A stretch of DNA of 53,795 bases, filler included, from Sphacelaria rigidula (lineage: Eukaryota), in assembly GCA_964200075.2 (NCBI GenBank). It is 4 parts of 4 records of this genome, joined end to end, with 100 filler letters (N's around TTAATTAATTAA, not from the genome) between each part and the next. Parts side by side here need not be neighbours in the genome. Positions count along the whole stretch, not along the records: positions 26,952 to 40,324 come from CAXNAA020002930.1; positions 40,425 to 53,795 come from CAXNAA020002931.1; 2 more parts are not named here. One strand, given 5' to 3'. A program made the position numbers and the translations under genes. The notes beneath the pieces were generated by a model. That model saw only the letters and a program-made list of their open reading frames with translations. It had not been told where the DNA came from and did not search any database. Positions 37,021 to 46,700 of this stretch are shown here, piece by piece. The first letter of the stretch is position 1. Each line of letters begins with the position of its first letter.

Positions 37021-40000
37021 CACTTCCGGTGTGCTGATATATGATGTGACAAATGTCGGTTGATGCGATTCTACCATCAGGCCACGGCGCATCTCGAGCC
37101 CTCCCTCCCTACCGGACCCTCCTTACAGATTGTGGCGTCCAAAAAAGTAAATAAATAACCAAAATGCAAACACTTGTGTCGTTGCGGAGGACGTTGATGA
37201 AGCCACAACATAGCTCGTGTGAGTAAGTAGCCCGTGGTTTGCGCACGTGATTGCTGCAGCTTTGAAGAAGTTGAATGAAGAGAAAGGTTGAAGCTGAAAA
37301 CTTCATCGTTCCATTTATCTTCGTCTGGCTCGTTCAATCAACCATACACCCTCTGGCAAAAATTCAACGCGCCGACGCCCGGAGAAGAGTAAAGCCACTC
37401 GAGCACAACGCCAATACGGGTGCAGAGAGTTTTGCCGGTACCTCACTCTTCCGCAGCATGTGTGAGTGTCGGTATCGGTGTCGGTACGAGAGTGACCTCG
37501 CAAAACTGCACCCGCTAGACGTTGTTACCCTGTTGTGCCGAGCTCTTGTAGTATGTCCGTACGCATGGACGTTCCTTTTCGAGTGAGGTGGGTGGGGAGG
37601 CCCACTGTACGTACCAGAGTCCCGATGGCGGGCGTCGGTGAGCTGGCTACTCACTGCGAATGTCTCCAACACGGGTCATGCCTTGTGCGCGGCGTCCGCT
37701 GCTCGTCGTCACCCGTGCGCGTCCCGATATTTTGGTGACCACTCACGACCTCGAAACGCCTCTTCCCTCGTCCTCCATAGGCAATGGTCAAATGACTAAG
37801 GCAAGCAACAAATGAGCACGCCCCCCCCCCCCCTCGTCCTCCATCCCCCCCCTCCGCCCCCCCCTTCTCCCTACCTTCTTTCCATTCCTCCTCCTCTTTC
37901 GGCCTCCCCTTCCTCCCCCGACGTCGGCTTGCACTTTCGCAGGGGGATGGGCTAGTTGTGAGGCCCGTTTGCCCGTGAGTGGGTTGGGGGGGCGGGAAAG
38001 GGGAGAGGGGAGGGGCTAGCTCGCGATGTGGAAGCTTTGCTATCCTTGCGAGATTTCCCGCTTTCCCGCCCCCCTCCCCCTCTACCTGCTTCTATCTCTC
38101 CATGTCTCCCTCCCGTCCAACATAAAGTCTTGCGGCTGGTGCCCACGCAGTATCTGTGTGCGTGCAATCGCTGTCCGCTCCGGCCCTACTCATGGTGATC
38201 TATTTTTTTGTCATGTATTTTATTTGTTTTTTTCAAATGAACACGGTTAGTCAGTCGGTCGATAGCGGATGCTAGCTGTTTTTAGCTGTTGTTTTCTCAA
38301 GCTGAACTGTTTCACCTGCACGCAAGGAGAAAGGGAAGGCTTCATTAAAAAAAAAAATGGAGAAAAAAAAATATATATGTCGTATGTGGTATCTTGATAT
38401 CACGACTTGGATGTCACTATTTTTTGGTGCATAGAAAATCGTGTCGGGTCCAATCAAGAGTGTATTATAAGTCCAAATTTCTTATATCCGATAGTTTTGA
38501 GTCTTGAATTCATTTTTGTTTATTTCAAGGACTATGAAGAAGCTCGTTTTTCGAAATTGCGGGTCGGAGCAAGTTTTTGCAAACAATGGACCGCTACTCG
38601 TATAGCACAGCGTTCGAAGACATGAAATTTCGTTTGGACTGTTGTCTTCCAAACAAAAAATTTGGCATTCGTAGCAGAAGTCGTAGAACTCGTGGTAACA
38701 GTTTTTTATTGTTGCGTTTTTGTACGTGTTCATGGCCTGCAGCGCATTTAGTTTTGGCTCCCTGGTCCGGCAAGAAGCCGGCGTGCTTCGTCCCGGCTTT
38801 GTAGGGATGCGACGTCAAATAGTCTTATGACTACGGCATGCAAGATCATGAGCACACCCTGTCGGTGGATGATTTGATCTTGATTTTTTTATTGCCCCGC
38901 ATTCACTGTTCTCTCAGGTAGTCATGATCCAGTTGTGGTCATTATCCACATGATGGATGTACCCGAGACAAAAACAGAACCGAAGCAGTCGCTGAAACAA
39001 AATGAAGAAGAAACAGAAGACGTAGGACAGACCGGGGTACTCGATACTGCTACATGGTACCCCGGGAAAATCACGGTACCTATGTGCATGGTAGCCACCA
39101 TCCCTACGTTCGTCATACTCGATTATTTTGTATTGACGAACCCCCATTGGCCTCGAAGTTCAAGGGCTGCGAAGTACTTATCGTACGTTGGTACGTATAC
39201 CCTGAGGTACACCGTATTTTTTCAAGGTGTTTTTTTTTTTTAGACAATAGTACTACTCCAGGGTTCGTTCGCTGGGGATATCGGCTGCTCACACCAGTGA
39301 ACATCCCACAATTACGCTTGTACTCACTACGCTAATACCCTCGCTTGATGTGCTATTTCAGCATAGAAAAGTTCGGCACGAGCATAATCGATACAAGCTT
39401 ATTATACCTAGGAGTATCGCACGGATGAACGAAAAAAAAAAAAACGGTGTGCCAGAGCACCCCCGGGGATGACGCACCCTCCGCTGGAGTTTCGCCGTGT
39501 TTTTTGTAAATNNNNNNNNNNAAAAAAACACAAAAAAAACCAATAATACCTAAAAGAAAAGAAAAAAAAAAAAAAAAAAAAAAAAACGGTGTGCCAGAGC
39601 ACCCCCGGATATGACGTACCTTCCACTGCACTTTGGAGGACCTTTGAGGGGGTTGAAAGAGGTGAGATATCTGTTACGTAACCGGCGGTCCGAGCTCGAG
39701 GCGGTGTTGACGCCATTTTTTTGCAAAATATTGGACGGTTTAGACGAATTATCACCGAAAAAAATCACCAAATCCACGATTTTTCAGGCCTGATTGCTCA
39801 ACAAAAGAGAAGAAAAGTTCACTGGTGGTCAAAAAATTCTCGACGCATTTTTTGCGCCATTTCCACGTGCCTGGGGTGCGTGTACCTGGGTTGCAACGCT
39901 GAAAACGAAGCCTAGTGATTGATTCGTACTTCACGAATCAATCATACTAAAATCAAGTAATTTCCAGACGAATCATGAATTCGTCCGACCCGTGAAATAT

Positions 40001-40324
40001 CTCACGTTGTCGACAAGTCGACCGAACATTGTGCCCCTCCGCCGCCACAGTCTGCTTTTTTTTTATCGGGCGACTGACTAACTAGTGCAGTCGTGGACAA
40101 CTGTTCGAGGAAATAGTGTTGTGCTCAAACCGGCCTCGCTCTTGCCCGTGGTACTGACTGCATGCGTGGGCTACATGGCGATGTCGTGGCTCAAAAGGTC
40201 CGTCCATGGCTTTCTTCGTATTTCCTCTCCTCCAGGCATCCCCCCCCCCCCCCCCACTTTTTTTTTTTTCTTGTTTTTTTTTTCATCCTGATTTCTTCTC
40301 AATCTTGTAATTTGTGTTTTATTT

Positions 40325-40424
40325 NNNNNNNNNNNNNNNNNNNNNNNNNNNNNNNNNNNNNNNNNNNNTTAATTAATTAANNNNNNNNNNNNNNNNNNNN
40401 NNNNNNNNNNNNNNNNNNNNNNNN
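40325..40424. other. Artificial contig spacer
   Basis: N44-TTAATTAATTAA-N44. Confidence 0.98.
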
Positions 40425-40621
40425 GCATCCCGATATAGTACAGTAGATATCCACACGGAGCCAAAAAAATAGCCTGTCACGTTACCTACCACAGCTAGGC
40501 CTGATGAATGAATCCGATTCTTCATACGACAAAGGTGTAGTCATCCGTGCGGCGTAATACGTCACCATTCGTTCTCGTTCTACTTCGTTTTTGGGTCATT
40601 TTGTGTACATGGGAAACGCAC

Positions 40622-40726
40622 CACCCTACGGGCCACGAAGGCGCCCTTGAAAAGCTCCTCTGCCTTTTTCGATAACTGTTTTGCTGCCTCCGCGACCCCC
40701 GGTATCGCCCGCGCTCTCGGCGATTC
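40622..40726 (-). CDS. SNF2 gene exon, bromodomain helix C
   Basis: ESPRARAIPGVAEAAKQLSKKAEELFKGAFVARR; donor position uncertain by 3 nt. Confidence 0.75.
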
Positions 40727-43700
40727 CTTGAAAGGAAAAGAGTGCCATATGGCGAGGAGGATACAGGACAGAAGCAGAGACAGAGACATAGAACGGACAA
40801 ATAGCGAGGGAGATAAAGCAAGGCGGAGATAGACAGAGGAATAGATGCATAAAAAGAGAAACAGACAAGATTATGTAGACAAGCACGGGCAGATAGACAG
40901 AGGAAGACAGCCAGTCAAACAGAAGACGAACGAACAAATAGAGACAGGACAGCAACAACGAAGAGGGCAAGGGAGAGAGATGAACGGGTACATGACAGGC
41001 GGAAATGGATATGGATATGGATAAAAATATACAGAGTCAAGGATACATGAGCGAAGGTGAAGATACGGAGAGATAAAGGCAACCAGAGAGACACAAATAG
41101 ATTATGAAGAGGCAGCAGAGAGGGACAATGGGCAGCGGAAGCCCCTGATTATTTTGGGGTGGACAAATCACCGCGCATTTCTCGGACAAGAGAGGGGTGC
41201 GGTGATGGTAGGGTACGTACACTGCAGTAAAGGAAAACAACGCTCTCATGCATTAACCCTTGCGGATAAATGCACAATCCTACACACACGGAGTCGTTGC
41301 CATGAAATACAACCACAGCGAGTAATGAACACATTCAAGGTCGTGTTCTGTAGGGTACGGGTATGTTCGGTAGGGTATGATACCTCTTACAGAACATACA
41401 GAACTATCGGGTACCGGTATGGCAATGTTACAGAACTCACAGAACCTGTCGGGTACGCTATGAAGGCTATGGAGAAACCCTTGTCCGCAACCCCCGCGAC
41501 CGCGTATGTATTTGTAAAAGGGTGTACCCGTACCCCGAGTAAGCATGAACACATCGAGAAGATCGTGCAAAACTGTCGGGTACCGGTGTGGAAGGCTCAC
41601 AGACCTCAAAGAATTGTCGGGTACGTGGAAACACCCGGGGAAATACCCCGGGTGTACAAAAAGCCAAACCCTGCGGAACAAAACCTTGGACGAATTTAAC
41701 CGCACCTGTCCAAAGTCGCCAGTCGTCGCCCCATGATACAGGATCGCATTGGAAAATACTCTCCGGACGTCCGAGGCGAATTGCTCGAACGTCTCATACT
41801 GAGGCTGCGCGTCACGACGCGTGCGCGATGACGTCCGCCTGTTTTTCCCCCGAAAACACGAAATTCCAACCATTTGCGAGGGGCGGTGTATATTTCAGTT
41901 CAAGTATCCCCCCTTCCCCTTACCCATTTCATGGCCCTGTAGAAATAATCTTCACGTCGTCCAAAAACCACCGGTAAAAGCAGTATAAAGGCCCCTGTAG
42001 GCAACTCATTAGCAGCAGGAGTCTCTAAGCGCACACGAACAACTGGGTTTACGTGAACTTATGTTCTCCTATCCGTCCCCCCTTGTAGAGTGCGGATCGG
42101 TCTCCACAAAGATCCTGAAAGTTAGCCGCCCCACCGGTGTTTTTTTCAAAACACCACATTAATTCGACCATTCTGACTCGCGTTCAGGTCGTATCAAATC
42201 TTGGAACCAGCGTAGAGCCCTACTCCGACTCTCGAAACATATCGACAAGACAAAAACCAGCTTCATTTTCATAAGTCTAACAAGCCTCATTACCTGGGTT
42301 AAAAGTATCTCTCCCCCGCCCCCATGTTCTGTCCTGAAATGGATGCGTGGTCAATGGTCAAACGACTGAGGGAAGCAACAAATGAGTACGCCCCCCGCCT
42401 GCGCCTCGCACGTCTTGGACTAACAGGGGGGGGAAAGTGGTTTGGTACCGAAATTAAGAGAGATGGAGACAACGTTCGTTAGGTTTTTCACGTTCTTCAA
42501 GTAATTTCGATCCCCTAAGCAAACTTCACGAAGGGGCTTTCCCCCCAATGTCTGGCAGCTTGCTGACGCTGATCCGGCGCCAAGCAGAGATGGCTCTCAA
42601 TCCTGAAGAACCCTGGTGTGTTCCACACTACTACAGCACATCCATGAACCTAGACTCTATAGCTAGAGAACGAGCACAGCCCTGGCGGTAGCTAGTTTTC
42701 ACTGGGAACATGGTGTGCTCAAACAACAAAACGAAAAAATAAATAGCAGAATATCGAATGAAAGAAAGAAGAAGAAAATAAGCAGAAAATGAATGAAAAA
42801 ATAAATTGTGGACATAGGTGTGGAAGCCATTCCTCACGCAAACAACAACAAAAAACACGCGACAACACAGGAAAAAAAGAGAATAGAAAAAAAAGATCGC
42901 AAAATTATCATCACAGTCTCCTTCACCACTACCGCATTAAGACAGACCCCAGTGTGTTAAGCATTTCAGGGTAGCCTGATAGTAAAAGCTCCTGATCGTA
43001 TCTGGGGTCACCACGACATACATAGTGTTGTTTAGCATGGGCTCAACCCGAGGCACCATCTCATGAACAGCTGTCGAAGCCGAAGAGGCATTTTCAGAAT
43101 ACTTTTCTCCGAAGCCCCCACCTGGCGATTGCCTGCAGATCTATGGGATCGCCCACCACGTCCAAGTAGTCCACCATGCCAAGTTCCTGACAAATCGTGT
43201 GCACGTGGCAACAAGCCCACGGGGCCAACGTTTAGGGCGTACTAGGCAGGATCGGCCGACGAGCAGCTGTCACCGGCAGATCTCAAGGGTTGGGGATAGT
43301 GCTGCTAGCTCGCCGTGCCAAAGCGCACTGGCGTATACCGATTTGATTGATGATTGATTGATGATCGATTGATGTATATTAACCGGTCGCCCCGGTGGCT
43401 CAGCTGGTGGCCTCGAAAACCTTCTGACGGTTAGGTCGTGGCTTCAAATCTCGGAGCGATCTGGGTTTTTTTCTCACACCATGCCCAACAGTGGAGGGCG
43501 ACTATGGCGTGGGTACACAAAATTGGACTGAACGGTCGACGAGGGAAAGGGATTGCTGAACCCGTCTCGCGATAAAAAATAAAAGGCAAGCACCGCACAA
43601 GGAAGGTGGGGCACTAAAAACAAAGAAAAAAGAAAAAGCTCCTGTGTTGACCTTTCTCCTGTGTGACCCCGGCTGATGCGCCCGCATACACCGAAAGGTG

Positions 43701-46700
43701 TAGACTGGCGTCCAGAAAAGATGGGACAACACACACATAACACATAGTGGGTGATCTCCGACACATCCAGCCGTGGTCACAAGGTGTAGCCGTGCAGTAC
43801 TAACGGGAATCAAAACGATAACAATCTCTGGGGAAAACAGTAAAAAGGTTGAAGATCGGAGACGAATCCAACGGAGCGATCTGAGACGAATACTCAACCA
43901 TAGACAACACATAACCAAACACACGGGAAAAAAGGAGAGGAAAGGGAAGGGAAGGGAAGGGAAGGAGGGGAACAACAAAATTCAGTCCTGATAGAAATAA
44001 CAATGATACTGATGATAAACAAAAATGGCGGACCCCTACAGCATGGCTCAAGGTGAAAAAGGCTGTGCGCAGCAAAGAAAAAAAAACAAGGGAAAAACAA
44101 GGGGGAAGCACACACACACACACCAAAAGAAGTCGGAACAAAACACGAAAAATGCAGCGCGTTTGTCTTCGAAAGGAGTTGCAGCATTGACTTCAAAGCA
44201 TAGTCAAGGGGGAAGGAGGGAACGGGAGGAGGGAAGGTAAATCTTCGCCGGTAGCAGCACGATCCTCGATTGCGTGTGGTGCGTCCTTCGCTCGGAACGA
44301 TACCGCAACGCCTACCTACGAAATCAAAAGCGAGATGCGTAGATACAGCGGGGCTCCGATGATCAAAACGTCAGATCTGACGTATCGACTCTAGTTCGAG
44401 GTTGATTTTGCGCTGTCGAACTCCGAGCCTTATGCCGGATGTTACGGCAAACAAGTTTTTGGCCCACGGATTGTTCACCTTTGGGACGTTTGAGCCACTT
44501 TTTTACCCTTAAACATGGAAAATCGCCAACACACGTCTCGGGCACTTTGCATCACCACACAGAGAGGAGTCTAGTCTGCTTTTCAGATTCGCTTGGCTCC
44601 GAGGTTTCGAGATTGGCCGCTGGACAATAATTCGTGTGCAATACTCTGTGCTTGCCGATCCCCGCCAGTTTGCCCAATAATCTGTGAAGATGGCCGTCGA
44701 TTTTGCTGCACACGGATTATTGTTCAGCGGCCGCTCTTGAAACCTTGGAGCCAAGCGAATCTGAAAAGTGGACTAGGCTCCTTCCTCTCTGTGGGGTGAT
44801 GCAAAGTGTCCAAGACGTGTGTTGGCGGCTTTCCCTATTTGGGGGTCAAAGAGTAGCTCAAACGTCCCAAAAGTGAACAATCCGTGGGCCAAAAATCTGT
44901 GTGCCATAACATCCGGCCTTATTTCTACTTTTTTTTCTTCTTTTTCCGTCATACATCCAACGCTTCCCCTTCCCGGGATGAGTCGAGTCCGCAGTCTCAA
45001 GGGAAGAAAATTAACCCATCTCTCCCCCGTTACACCCTACATTTTGGTATAGTATAGCGGATTGGATCATGACCAAGCAATCCTGCACGCACCGCGTCGA
45101 CTCTCGTCAATTCCCCCTCTGCTGATCACGTCCTTGTGGTTTTAACGACGGAAGCCAGATCCTTCTCGGAGCGAAAAACTAAACTAAAATGCGTCTGCCG
45201 GGACTTGAAATCCGCGATCTCCCGCCCCAAATGGTTCCAGTTACAACTTTAATTCAGACCACTGGGGTGCGGTGGCATAAACGAAATGTGGTATAGTGTC
45301 TTCCATGGCTTGAAACCGTGAGAAAGATGTAGGTGGAATGAACGCTGGTCTCTTTCATTACTTTCGTACTACATATTATTCTGTTAATTAAAGGGGGGAA
45401 AGAGCGGAGGGGCAAAAGTCCAACAGAGAAGGAAAAATCAATGAAATACCGTGAACGCACTCGGAGGGTTTCCTCGTCCAATTCACGGCTAAAAACGCCC
45501 TCCGGATCCTCCAGCTGCAAAGCTCTCAACACCTTAACCATGGCTCCCTGTCGTTCCATGTCCCCCCAGTGCCTCCATACGTCGGTCGGTGAAGTACTAC
45601 CTCGCGAGCTGCTCGCTGCGGGCATCGGAAGCGCCGCTAGGAGAAGCGACGGATGAGTCATGGTGGATAACGCACGGCAAGGCGGATATGGGAGGTTTTC
45701 AATTGAAAACACCAAGGGTTGGGATAGAGGTGGTAAAACTTGCAGCGCCTTTGGGCCTGGCATTATCTCCCCCGCCTACTGCCCAACAAAGCAGAGTGTT
45801 ATGTGTAAAGACTCTACAATCATTGGTATAAAACACGGCGTGACTCGGCAACGTGCGGGCAGCGAAGAAGATTGTTCGTTCGACTCAATTTTGCTTCTTC
45901 CCGAGCGTCCTCGGGTAATGCATTTGTCATGATCCATCGAAAAGGAGTTGAGACAACTGTACCCTTCCCAGAGTTGGTCGCCATGTCGCCTTCATTGTTC
46001 TCCGTCAAGATCACTCCCGAGCCTTGGTACTTGTACGATTCAGCCGCGGTGGAGGTTCATCAGTGCCGTACGTACAGCGATCGGATTCCCGTACACGTAT
46101 AGTAAATGCACAACAAGGATGAAAAAGGAACGGCGCATTGTTTAGTAGGGCGAGACCACCCCCGTCCAGTCACCACACCCAAAACACATCAATCATCACA
46201 AAACGTGTACAAGGAGGCAACATCCACACGCCTGCACTCACCGGGTAGCAACCCTCTAGTCCGCAGTAGCAAGGCCAACACCGTGATCGTCTTGCCCAAT
46301 CCCGGCTCGTCGCACAGCATGCCTCCCCTTACCGGCCGGCATGGCGGCGGGGCTTTATCCCACACCATCCCATCAACAACGTTGATCCACAGCCTCCGTG
46401 CAACTGGTCTATTCTGCCAGCTGCGAGCTTGGCCTTCGGGCGTAACGCCTAGCGGGGGGCTTGCTCCGGGGTGACCGGCGTCGAGGGGCGACGCGCCGTG
46501 CTCCGATCGTACCGGGTGCAACGGAAATAACTCCGGGTGGAGGCGAGGCGCGCGGCCCCTTTCGCGGTCACGCATCCATTGGAGTCCCTGTTGAAAGTGT
46601 ACGGAACAGGACGGTTTTGTGGTCTATAAGAGCGATTTCATGTTGCGCTGTTATTAAGGGAACTCATTGAAGCTCGGAAGGGGGCCATCACCGACATGAA

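Noticed and set aside
39432-39630. Direct repeat AAAACGGTGTGCCAGAGCACCCCCGG
   Set aside because: The copies flank a 10-N gap in low-quality sequence; could be an assembly overlap.
29246-40324. Continuation of the SNF2 gene into contig 3
   Set aside because: It lies across an artificial spacer, and I found no DEGH or TGTP helicase motifs there.
45820-46030. Extra exon of the SNF2 gene
   Set aside because: Not needed, because 46242 splices in phase to 45636, and its splice sites are weak.
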